Below, one piece after another: positions 18,774-27,220 of a stretch of DNA of 45,821 bases. Position numbers and translations under genes: made by a program. Source of the DNA: Planctomycetota bacterium (GTDB lineage: Bacteria; Planctomycetota; UBA8108; UBA1146); contig JAYZBV010000092.1 of assembly GCA_036338595.1 (NCBI GenBank), forward strand, positions 1-45,821, written 5' to 3'. Position 1 is the stretch's first letter; each line of letters starts with the position of its first letter. The notes beneath the pieces were generated by a model, which made no database searches, had not been told where the DNA came from, and worked only from the letters and a program-made list of their open reading frames with translations.

Positions 18774-18847
18774 TGGAGGCGGCACCCGGATTCGAACCGG
18801 GGATGCGGGTTTTGCAAACCCGTGCCTTACCACTTGGCGATGCCGCC
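18774..18847 (-). tRNA. tRNA-Cys(GCA)
   Basis: Reverse complement GGCGGCATCGCCAAGTGGTAAGGCACGGGTTTGCAAAACCCGCATCCCCGGTTCGAATCCGGGTGCCGCCTCCA. Anticodon GCA, discriminator U, encoded CCA. Confidence 0.97.
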
Positions 18848-18869
18848 TCGTCTATTTCCAACAGTGCGG

Positions 18870-18898
18870 ATCCTAGGGAGCGGAGGCTCCCAGGTCAA
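18870..18898 (-). promoter_or_regulatory. putative sigma70 promoter of tRNA-Cys
   Basis: Minus strand TTGACC-N17-TAGGAT, 22 nt upstream of the tRNA. The -35 overlaps the upstream gene's TGA. Confidence 0.6.
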
Positions 18899-21432
18899 CT
18901 TTCTGTGGAATCCTCTCTCAAAGCTCCCAGGCGAGCGGCAGCATCATCCAGGCCCCGGGTGGCGATCGGGTCCGGATGGGCAGCGGGTGTCTCGCTGGCA
19001 CCAGGCTCCTCAGGGCGAGACTCTGCGGCGGCTGGAGCCTCCTGTGGACCGGGAGTTCCATCCCCTCTGAGCGACCTGAGCCGATCGAGAGCGGACTGGA
19101 TGCCTCCCGAGGAGGCGGGGGGCGGATCGGCAGTTGAGGGGGCCGGAGACCCGGCTGTGGTTGCGACGGCAGCCTCAACTGATCCAGGCTGGCCCTGCGG
19201 AGAGGTCTGCAGCCCTTTCAATTTCTCGGTGATGCCACCGATACTGGATCGAACCACGGCACCTCGTGATGTGGGTATCGGCGCCGATGGGATCTGCTCC
19301 TGGAGCAAGGGGTGGTCTGGTTGAAGCCCTGCCAGCTCTGCTCGCAGCAGTTCCAGCAGCGGGTCCTTGCTCCGCGCTGCTCGGTTGCCGACGGAGCAGA
19401 GGACACTCTTGCGCTCTTCCCCATCTCTCAACAGTGCCGAGAGAATTTCAAGTACCGATGCCACGGGTCCATCTTCAGGCCTGGCATCGATTCGATCACC
19501 CTGGAGAAGTTTCACCAGCCCGAGAGATAGTTTCAGTGACGCATGGCGTGGGGTGTCCTTCTCGGTGAGAGCGAGCGCTCGCTCCAGTCCGACTCTGCTC
19601 GTCGGCGCGAGTTCCAGCAGCGATTCCACGACCTCGGTCTGGTGAGCATCCCCGACCGGCAGTTGCTGGAGCAGCGAGTCGAGAATCGCAGCGGCGATCC
19701 CCGTTTCGTGACAATCTCGTTCCAGCATCGCCCGATCGAGAGCGATCCGAGGATCTTCAGGAGAGAGGAGGTGACAGCGCTGGGCGGCCATTCTCGCCTC
19801 TTCCGGGGCACCCTCACGCAGGTGTGCCAGCCATTGGAGTTGCCGGGCTGTGGCTTCCAGTTTGGGCTTCTGATTCAGGCGCGCGTCGTCTGCGATCCAG
19901 CGGTGCATCGTTGCGGGGGCTTCTGCGTGGCTGGCGATCGCCTCAATCGCCTCGCGCGACTCCGAGTCGAGGGAACGGGGTGTTTCTCCCGTCATGAAGA
20001 GCGCTCTTTGCGAGAAACTCCTCGCCGCTTCCACATCCTGTCGCTGAAGTGCCGCTTCTGCCAGGCGAAGCATCAGAAGCGATGTGTCATCGGAATCCGA
20101 TTCGATCTGTAGATACAGGCGCTCTGCATCCTGCCACTGATGGCGAGCTCGCAACGCTTCCGCTCTGCGCCAGCGGGCCCTCTGGCTCGCCTCTGGATCG
20201 CCGCAGTTTGCGGCGGCCTGCTCGTGCATGGCATGAAGCATCGGATCGGGCAGGTGTGCTCCGATCGAGTCGAGCAACTGACATGCGGCTGCATTTTCTC
20301 CGGCATCGATCAGTGCCTGTGCGAGGTTTGCGGGCGGGCCGGGATCGGTGCCGGGGCTCTTGTTCCACAGAGCCAACGCTCTGTTCCTGGCGTCCACATC
20401 GGTGGTATCGAGCATCGCCACTCCGGACCATGCATCTCGAGCGGCCTCGATGCGTACCTGGTCGGTACAGCGCTGGGCATGACACCTCAAACGGCGTGCG
20501 GCCTCCGATCGGCGTCCCGTGCTGGCACAGGCACCGCCGATTTTGGCTCCCAGATCGAAATCATCGAGTCCCAGTTCCTCTGCTCTGCGCCAGCGGCGAA
20601 GAGCCGTGTCGTGATCACCCGCAGCTTGAAATGATTCTCCGCTGCGAAATAGCTCCATGGCACTCTGGGTTTCGAGGTGACCTTCTTCGATGAGAGAAGT
20701 GAGCCTCTCGAGCGCACGCCAGGGGTCTGGTCGTGATCCGGCGATTTCACCGACATCACGCTGGCCATCCGCGGATTCGATGATCAGTTTCTCTTCTGCA
20801 GCGACCTGTGGGTTCGAGATGATGGAGAGGGCGGAGGGGGTCGCTGCGACCACATCTCGCAGCATCGGAAGATCCGTGATCCCTTCCCAGAGGCGATGCT
20901 GGTGTGCGGATCGAAACAGGACCTCCTCGATCGACTCTCCGAGGTCGACGCGGCCTGCGAGACCGGAGTGGATCGGTTGCTGGGAAGGGCCGGACCAGGT
21001 GGCTTCGCCGGCACCGAGAACCAGCATCAGATCGGCGTCGAGTACCTTTCCGATGGCAGCCCCCGCTGCTTCCGAATCGACAAGGCCTTCCTCGAGGCAC
21101 AGCAGACCAGCGCACACCTGCTGCTCCGCAGCGCGACGGGTGAGCCGATCACGCTCCCTCGAACTGAGCGGACCATCGATGACGAGAGCGCGCTGCAGAA
21201 CACTGGGAAGACCTGGGCGATCCAGATCGATGAGACGCCCGTCCTGGATCTCGATGCGGACATCGGGGGCCTCGGGATCATCGGGCTGAAGATGCCAGGT
21301 GCCGTTCTCCGATCGGGCGGTGATGTCGAGGAGAGTTCGTGCTGCATCGCCTGGAATACCGGCGGTTCGGACCATCTGGGGCATCGGGTTCGTCCCGGCG
21401 GAGAGCCAGGTCCTTCCAACGAAGGATAACAT
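18895..21432 (-). CDS. large protein with degenerate DUF4388-like N-terminal region and TPR-like helical repeats
   Basis: 845-aa ORF. N-terminus resembles the DUF4388 pattern (ARSENGTWHL...IEIQDGRL...LEEGLVD...ADGQRDVGEI), followed by Ala/Leu-rich TPR-like helices and a low-complexity Pro/Ala tail. Confidence 0.6.
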   Translation of the reverse strand: MLSFVGRTWLSAGTNPMPQMVRTAGIPGDAARTLLDITARSENGTWHLQPDDPEAPDVRIEIQDGRLIDLDRPGLPSVLQRALVIDGPLSSRERDRLTRRAAEQQVCAGLLCLEEGLVDSEAAGAAIGKVLDADLMLVLGAGEATWSGPSQQPIHSGLAGRVDLGESIEEVLFRSAHQHRLWEGITDLPMLRDVVAATPSALSIISNPQVAAEEKLIIESADGQRDVGEIAGSRPDPWRALERLTSLIEEGHLETQSAMELFRSGESFQAAGDHDTALRRWRRAEELGLDDFDLGAKIGGACASTGRRSEAARRLRCHAQRCTDQVRIEAARDAWSGVAMLDTTDVDARNRALALWNKSPGTDPGPPANLAQALIDAGENAAACQLLDSIGAHLPDPMLHAMHEQAAANCGDPEASQRARWRRAEALRARHQWQDAERLYLQIESDSDDTSLLMLRLAEAALQRQDVEAARSFSQRALFMTGETPRSLDSESREAIEAIASHAEAPATMHRWIADDARLNQKPKLEATARQLQWLAHLREGAPEEARMAAQRCHLLSPEDPRIALDRAMLERDCHETGIAAAILDSLLQQLPVGDAHQTEVVESLLELAPTSRVGLERALALTEKDTPRHASLKLSLGLVKLLQGDRIDARPEDGPVASVLEILSALLRDGEERKSVLCSVGNRAARSKDPLLELLRAELAGLQPDHPLLQEQIPSAPIPTSRGAVVRSSIGGITEKLKGLQTSPQGQPGSVEAAVATTAGSPAPSTADPPPASSGGIQSALDRLRSLRGDGTPGPQEAPAAAESRPEEPGASETPAAHPDPIATRGLDDAAARLGALREDSTES

Positions 21433-21456
21433 CTCGATGAGAAAGAGGCTGTTGGC

Positions 21457-22941
21457 CTAGGAGCGGGACATCTCCAGCAGCAGCCCGTCGAAGGCTGGAA
21501 GGCCTCGAAGAGCCTCCAGGTCCGGATCCTCGCTCGCATGAGAGTGGTCGGAGTAGCCCGCCTTGACTGCGCCCTGTAGCGCTTCCAGAGCCGCTTCGAG
21601 GGACCCCGACAGCGCCAGCGCACAGGCCAGATTGTAGCGAGCCGAGGAGTCGGATGGATCGAGCGAGATGGATCTTTCCAGTTCCTGGACGGCACGCTCG
21701 AAGTTGCGCATTCGCATCGCCACGACTCCGAGTGCCTGATGAACCTCGGCATCTGCGGTGAGGCGAAGTGCCAGATCATTGAGCAGCGAAAATGCCCCCT
21801 CGAGATCTCCTGAATCGCGCAGATTGGCAGCTGCACGGAGCATCGAATCGCGATCTTCTTCCTCGATCCTGTCGGCGCTGTAGCGGCGTTGATCGAGCAG
21901 GATCGCTGCTGCTCTCGGATCGCCGAGCAACGACAGCAGTTCCGCAGATCTTCTTCGCAGCAACGGATCCTCATCCGTGCGGGCCAGGTGAACCAGGGTC
22001 GGCACGGTACGATCGCCATGAACCGACCTGAGGCGGATCATCTGATCGAGCCGAGCCGCAGCATCGAGTTGATCCCATCCGGCGAGCGTGATGGAACTCT
22101 CCGGATCGACCGCTGCGGGAAGCCGAAGGCGATTCCGGATCGACCACTCTCGACGGGTGCCGGGTGCCACGGAAGAGGGTGCTACCTGTGACACCCAGGA
22201 GTCGAGGGCTTGTTGACCGATGACACCCAGGTCCAGCAGCCAGTCGCGGGCATCGACGATCTGGACCGGATCGAGGCTCTCCAGTTGCTCGATCGCCAGC
22301 AGTGCTGCTCGCCTCGCGATGGCGTCGGCGGGGGGGGCCTCTCCGGTGGCAGGAAGCAACGAGCCGATGATGCGGAGATCGGCTCGGGAGATCCGCTGAG
22401 GCTCGGGCCACATCGGCCATCGTTGTTTCAGATCCGTTCGCAAGGAGTTTCGGAGTCGCCCGTGGACTCGAAGTACCAGCGACGACCGGGTGCCGTGGAG
22501 ATCCGCATGACGAGTCAGCGCCGGGGCCAGATGCAGATCGGATGCTCGCAATTGCTGTTCGATCTTCAAGACCTTGAGCCGGGCCGATTCGCGCGCGGCC
22601 CTGGTCTCGGCAGATGGATCCGCTCCGACTCTGGCGCGCGAGCGGGCCGCCGCAAAATCGATGACTGAAGCGTCGAGATCGGACAGAGCACCGGCGAGGA
22701 TGGCCGCCAGTTTGGATGAGAGGATCGCTCTTACCGGCACTGAAAGCGGCTCCGAAAGGAGTTCTCGTAGAGGCACCAGCGAGGTGTCATCGAGACGGTC
22801 GAGAGCCGCCTGAGCTCTGGCCACCATCAACGAGTCTGCAGAATTCAGTGCGCCGGCGATCGCTTCCAGCGGCCAGTCATCCGCACTGGCCGAGGCGGAG
22901 CCAGGAAGCAGCACCAGCGCCAGGAAGAGTAGTGATTTCAT
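21457..22941 (-). CDS. exported HEAT-repeat and TPR protein
   Basis: Signal MKSLLFLALVLLPGSASASA. ATG overlaps the upstream TGA (ATGA). HEAT-like DPLLRRRSAELLSLLGD and TPR ARYNLACALALSG...GY......DPDL. Confidence 0.75.
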   Translation of the reverse strand: MKSLLFLALVLLPGSASASADDWPLEAIAGALNSADSLMVARAQAALDRLDDTSLVPLRELLSEPLSVPVRAILSSKLAAILAGALSDLDASVIDFAAARSRARVGADPSAETRAARESARLKVLKIEQQLRASDLHLAPALTRHADLHGTRSSLVLRVHGRLRNSLRTDLKQRWPMWPEPQRISRADLRIIGSLLPATGEAPPADAIARRAALLAIEQLESLDPVQIVDARDWLLDLGVIGQQALDSWVSQVAPSSVAPGTRREWSIRNRLRLPAAVDPESSITLAGWDQLDAAARLDQMIRLRSVHGDRTVPTLVHLARTDEDPLLRRRSAELLSLLGDPRAAAILLDQRRYSADRIEEEDRDSMLRAAANLRDSGDLEGAFSLLNDLALRLTADAEVHQALGVVAMRMRNFERAVQELERSISLDPSDSSARYNLACALALSGSLEAALEALQGAVKAGYSDHSHASEDPDLEALRGLPAFDGLLLEMSRS

Positions 22942-24347
22942 CGGAGTAGGATCGGACCCTCCGGAGGTATCTCCACCCCCTCCAGTGCCATGCGAAGTTG
23001 TTTGGCATCGCCGGCGAGTCGACTCGATATCTCGATCGGGCGCAGCGGAGTGCCATCGGAGTCGAACTCGATCTGCACGCCACACTCGACGAGCCAGCCT
23101 GCCCAGAGTGTTTGCAGAGCAGCCCTGGATGTGGCGGGGGAATCTGCCCCTTCGCCATTCTTGACCGGAGCGAATTCCAGGGCGCGGTCCGCCTCGACCA
23201 CCAGGCCTCGGTCCGCCAGCGGCAACACATCGAAGATGAAGGTCTCGAAGCGGACCGAATTCGGGCTTGAGGCTTCATGCCAGCGTCCATCCAGCCAGTG
23301 CCGGACCGCCTTGCGGGCGACATGGAACGGCAATTGAAGGGGGCCTCCCGCACTACGGGGAGCGATGAAGTCGAGATCGATGACATGGGTCGCGACATTC
23401 CCGGCGCGGAAACTGAGGGCGCCGTCAGGTTCAGTTCTGACGCGATCTTCTGGCCCCAGTTCACTGTATTCGATGACCCGTAGTCGATTCCCGACGGTGC
23501 AGAATACGCCCACCTTCTCCTCGGGATCGGATTTGGCCACCGCTTTCGAGGAGAAGCGAGAGTGGTCACGCAGATGCAGACCGACCAGTTCCGGGTCCGC
23601 GATACGTGCGAGCGGATTATCGACCTGGTGGCTGTAGATGTGGCGAATCCCGCGCTCACGGAGATCTTCAGAGATCTTCTGGAGCAGTCTGATCGAACCA
23701 CCGTGGCCATCGGGACTGAACAGGATTCTTCCGGGTCCAGCTCTCAGGATCTTTCGGCGACGTGGATCGAGCACCGGCAACTGGTCCTGTGCATGGATGG
23801 TCACCTCCGAAGGAGCCAGTCCGTGGAAGGAGTGCTGCTGGAAGTAGTCGATCGTTTGCTGGTGATTGGATGGACTCGTCATGATGATCCAGTGGATGCT
23901 ATGACCGACCTGCTTCTGCAATCTCACCAGTGATTCTGCGAAGATCTGAAACAGGGTTCCACCGCTGATGGGAAGCAGAGGATAGGAGCCCTTGGGGCCT
24001 GCATGGCCGAGTCTTGTTCCGACACCACCGGCCACCATCAGCACCGCGATCTCGCCCCGGCGCAATGCCTGTAGACCGAGTTCAGTAGCGCTCTCCCTGC
24101 TCGGATCGGTGAGCGGGATCCAGTCGGGAGGCGAGGGAGCGGCGATGGGGGCCTCGGAGGCATCGGAGTCGAGGTGGTCCCGGATTAGCTGCTGGAGGAA
24201 GCGAAGATCGATGCGACGCAGGTCGGCAAGCAGGTGGCGACGATCGGTCGAATCGAGGCGCTCCCAGTCGTCAAACAGGTGCCCCTGGTCCGCCTCGTAG
24301 AACTTTGCCACGACCGCCTGATCGGAGGGGTCTTCTAGCTGGATCAT
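22938..24347 (-). CDS. UDP-N-acetylglucosamine/UDP-glucose pyrophosphorylase (eukaryote-type UDPGP family)
   Basis: AGGVGTRLG..GPKG, IMTS, SPDGHGG, QVDNPL, EKVGV, IEYSEL, FETFIFD, EFAPVKN. Confidence 0.92.
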   Translation of the reverse strand: MIQLEDPSDQAVVAKFYEADQGHLFDDWERLDSTDRRHLLADLRRIDLRFLQQLIRDHLDSDASEAPIAAPSPPDWIPLTDPSRESATELGLQALRRGEIAVLMVAGGVGTRLGHAGPKGSYPLLPISGGTLFQIFAESLVRLQKQVGHSIHWIIMTSPSNHQQTIDYFQQHSFHGLAPSEVTIHAQDQLPVLDPRRRKILRAGPGRILFSPDGHGGSIRLLQKISEDLRERGIRHIYSHQVDNPLARIADPELVGLHLRDHSRFSSKAVAKSDPEEKVGVFCTVGNRLRVIEYSELGPEDRVRTEPDGALSFRAGNVATHVIDLDFIAPRSAGGPLQLPFHVARKAVRHWLDGRWHEASSPNSVRFETFIFDVLPLADRGLVVEADRALEFAPVKNGEGADSPATSRAALQTLWAGWLVECGVQIEFDSDGTPLRPIEISSRLAGDAKQLRMALEGVEIPPEGPILLR

Positions 24348-24560
24348 CGAAGTCTAGGCCCTTCTCCGTCGCTCGGAGACCAGGGAACCCGCTCCCTGCC
24401 GAGGCGGCCTGGATGGTACGCAGCAGCGAGCATGAGTGCCAGCAAAGGTGCAGACGATGCGCACAATAGGGATTTTTTTCCTGACGGGCGCGTATCCTTG
24501 TTGAAGGAGACGGATTCGTGTTCACTCGTGGTGGTGAAGCGAGGCGTGAAGGGAGCTCCG

Positions 24561-25499
24561 GTGGTCAGTCAAGGGGACGGGAACCTGGAACAATTCTGGG
24601 CGCTCGAGGAGACACGGCGCCAGCTCGATCAGTGGATCGAGGCGGCTCTCGAGGAGGATCGAGCCACTGATGATGGCACATCGGTGCTGTTCGACGATCC
24701 TCAGGTGCGCGCACGAGCTGTCGTCAGTTCGCGCCAGCGTGGTGTCGTGTGTGGGACCCTTGCGATGAGCGCAGTGTTCGAGCAGTTGGATTCAAAGTGT
24801 CAGACCGTTCGACGGATCTTCGATGGAGACACGATTTCTGACGGTAGTGAAGTGATGGTCGTAGACGGACCGTTGCCCGTATTGCTGGCCGGAGAGAGAA
24901 CCGCCCTCAACATCGGTGCGTTCCTGTGCGGGATTGCCACGCGTACCTCCGCCATGGTCAGGGCTGCCGGAGCGGCGATGGTGTTCGATACTCGCAAGAC
25001 CCTGCCCGGTCTTCGCCAGTTTCAGAAGCAAGCAGTTCGTGCAGGAGGTGGAGTCAGCCATCGGAGCCACCTGGGGCAGTTTCCGATGGTCAAGGAGAAC
25101 CACAGGGAGTGGATACAGCGAGGGCATCCGGAACTGGCCAACGATTCTGCTGCGGAGATTGCGTTCATCCTCGAACGACTTCGATCGAGTTCAGATGCGC
25201 AACCGATCGCCATCGAGGTGGAGGACGAGCCGAGTTTTCGCGCATGCCTGGAGCAGCATGTGGAACTCATCCTGATCGATAATACGGATCCCGAGACCCT
25301 CTCGCAGTGGATCCAGCGCGCCCGTGCCGATCACCTGGATGTGACTCCATCGCGGCTCGAGGCGAGCGGCGGTATCGATGAGGGGAGCGTCGCATCCCAT
25401 GTGGCTGCAGGGATCGGACGCATCTCCTGCGGCGCGATCACCCATTCAGCTCCAGCACTCGATCTCTCGATGCAGATCATCGAGGTGCCACGGAGCTGA
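24561..25499 (+). CDS. nadC: nicotinate-nucleotide pyrophosphorylase (quinolinate phosphoribosyltransferase)
   Basis: ALEED, ERTALN, GIATRT, DTRKTLPGLR, HR, KENH, IEVE, LIDN, EASGGI, ITHSAPALDLS. GTG start after GGGAG is inferred. Confidence 0.92.
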   Translation: MVSQGDGNLEQFWALEETRRQLDQWIEAALEEDRATDDGTSVLFDDPQVRARAVVSSRQRGVVCGTLAMSAVFEQLDSKCQTVRRIFDGDTISDGSEVMVVDGPLPVLLAGERTALNIGAFLCGIATRTSAMVRAAGAAMVFDTRKTLPGLRQFQKQAVRAGGGVSHRSHLGQFPMVKENHREWIQRGHPELANDSAAEIAFILERLRSSSDAQPIAIEVEDEPSFRACLEQHVELILIDNTDPETLSQWIQRARADHLDVTPSRLEASGGIDEGSVASHVAAGIGRISCGAITHSAPALDLSMQIIEVPRS

Positions 25500-25659
25500 A
25501 GTGTCAGAATTCGAACCCATTTCGCGCATCCACCTTCGTCGCTTCTCTGGTATCGAGTGGCTGCCGGGACTAGCATCCAGGGGGTAGCACGCAGTGACAT
25601 GAGAGTGCTGGCGTCGAGAGGGGCCGATCCGGCAGATGGAGGGCGGAGGCAGAACTTTG

Positions 25660-26238
25660 ATGGAGCCTGGAACCGGAATGTTCGGCAGCGATTCGCTTCC
25701 ACGTCGCTTGCTGCAACTGGATGGGTCTGCAGAGTCGATCGCGCTCGGGACCGCCTTCGGACTGTTCGTGGCGATGACACCTACCGTCGGTATCCAGATG
25801 ATCATCATCCTGTTGATCAGCCTGGTGCTTCCAATTCACCGCATCGCTGGGCTCATCATGGTGTACGTCTCGAATCCACTGACGGTTGTGCCGATCTACT
25901 GGTTCGATTACTGGGTCGGGCTGAAGTGTCTGGCCCAGGAGGGACTGACGCGTACCAACTTCGAATTGCTGTACCAGGAGGCGGCGAGCCAGGCGAACGA
26001 GGTCGGATGGTTCGAGGGAGGTCTGGAGTTGTTGAGATCGATCGGGAATGATGCGTTGGGCCCGCTGTTCCTGGGAGGAGCCGTTGTGGGATTGATCTGT
26101 GGTCTGCCAGCCTATCCGATCACGCTCCGCTTCGTGCGACGCTACAGGGCAAGGAAACGGATGGGTTCCGAGGATTCGAGCCTCGAGGTCGCAGATGCAA
26201 GAGTTCCTGGCACCGATGAAAAGGAGTCGAGCGTATGA
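25660..26238 (+). CDS. DUF2062 domain membrane protein
   Basis: SIALGTAFGLFVAMTPTVGIQ, VSNPLTVVPIY, PLFLGG. Start uncertain (25636/25660). Confidence 0.85.
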   Translation: MEPGTGMFGSDSLPRRLLQLDGSAESIALGTAFGLFVAMTPTVGIQMIIILLISLVLPIHRIAGLIMVYVSNPLTVVPIYWFDYWVGLKCLAQEGLTRTNFELLYQEAASQANEVGWFEGGLELLRSIGNDALGPLFLGGAVVGLICGLPAYPITLRFVRRYRARKRMGSEDSSLEVADARVPGTDEKESSV

Positions 26239-26756
26239 ACACGTTGAAGATGAGCTCAGGGGGTTACACGGCTCCTAGCTGGCAACTGCTGCTCGGGCTC
26301 ATCTGTAGCCTGGGACTCAGCGGCTGCGAGGGTCCGAAGCCATCGAGGATCAGCAGCCGACCCGGCTTGCACAAGGTCGAGGTCGGATCCCAGTTGGTCT
26401 GGTGTGAACTGGCTGCGGATCCAACGCGCAGGCAAAATGGCCTGATGCACCGGGTCTCGATGCCAGACGACGTGGGCATGCTATTTGTTTTCCCCCAGGC
26501 CATCCTTCAGGGATTCTGGATGAAGAACTGCAAGATATCTCTCGATATCGCCTACATCGATGATCAGGGTCTCATCATCGACATCCTCAAGATGGATGCA
26601 CCCAGGCCGGGACAGGTCTACTTTCCTCGCTATCGCTCGAGCCAGCCGGTGCGTTATGCACTCGAGACCAATGTCGGTTGGTTTGCAAAGCATGGCATCC
26701 AGGTGGGAAGTCGGGTGACGGGATTTCGCGGTCCGCCAGGGCTGACGGTCAGGTAG
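26235..26756 (+). CDS. DUF192 domain lipoprotein
   Basis: Lipobox LGLSGC. ELA....R..GLMHR, GMLFVF, FWMKN, LDIAYID, YALETN.GWF. Confidence 0.9.
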   Translation: MNTLKMSSGGYTAPSWQLLLGLICSLGLSGCEGPKPSRISSRPGLHKVEVGSQLVWCELAADPTRRQNGLMHRVSMPDDVGMLFVFPQAILQGFWMKNCKISLDIAYIDDQGLIIDILKMDAPRPGQVYFPRYRSSQPVRYALETNVGWFAKHGIQVGSRVTGFRGPPGLTVR

Positions 26757-26764
26757 AGGAATCG

Positions 26765-27220
26765 ATGCAACCAGTCAGGTCCGGCATCCTCAGTACAGCG
26801 GAGGCGCACGGTCACCTACTGGCGTGGAGTTTACTGCTGTGCTGGGCTCTGTTGACCGGTGGCATCCGGCACTCGTACTCGTCGGGTCCAGTGCAGACTC
26901 TCGCCGGAGATTTGAGAGTTCCCGTCTCGACCGCAGTGGATCTTGCCACCGACCCTGCCAGTCGGCTGGTGCTGATAGAGGGCATCGGAAGCGTCACTGC
27001 GGGTAAGATCATCCAGGCACGCAGTGAAGCAGTCGGGTACCTGTGCCTGTGCCAGGTGATGCGAGTTCCCGGAGTACCCGATCGGCCGCTACAGGAAGCG
27101 GGACCCTGGCTGCTGCCGAAGATCTGTCCCGATGGGCGCTGTCGAAATCTGGATTCTCACGGCTCGGATGCTGCCACAACGGGGGGGGGCTCCTCGGGCT
27201 CAGGGGGGCAGAAGCGGTGA
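26765..27220 (+). CDS. ComEA-like helix-hairpin-helix membrane-anchored protein (divergent)
   Basis: N-terminal TM. VDLATDPASRLVLIEGIGSVTAGKIIQAR and QVMRVPGV resemble the two HhH motifs of ComEA. Stop overlaps the uvrB GTG. Confidence 0.65.
   Translation: MQPVRSGILSTAEAHGHLLAWSLLLCWALLTGGIRHSYSSGPVQTLAGDLRVPVSTAVDLATDPASRLVLIEGIGSVTAGKIIQARSEAVGYLCLCQVMRVPGVPDRPLQEAGPWLLPKICPDGRCRNLDSHGSDAATTGGGSSGSGGQKR

Noticed and set aside
24348..24560. NAD-related riboswitch upstream of nadC
   Set aside because: No motif or convincing structure that I can support by eye. An Rfam scan would be needed.
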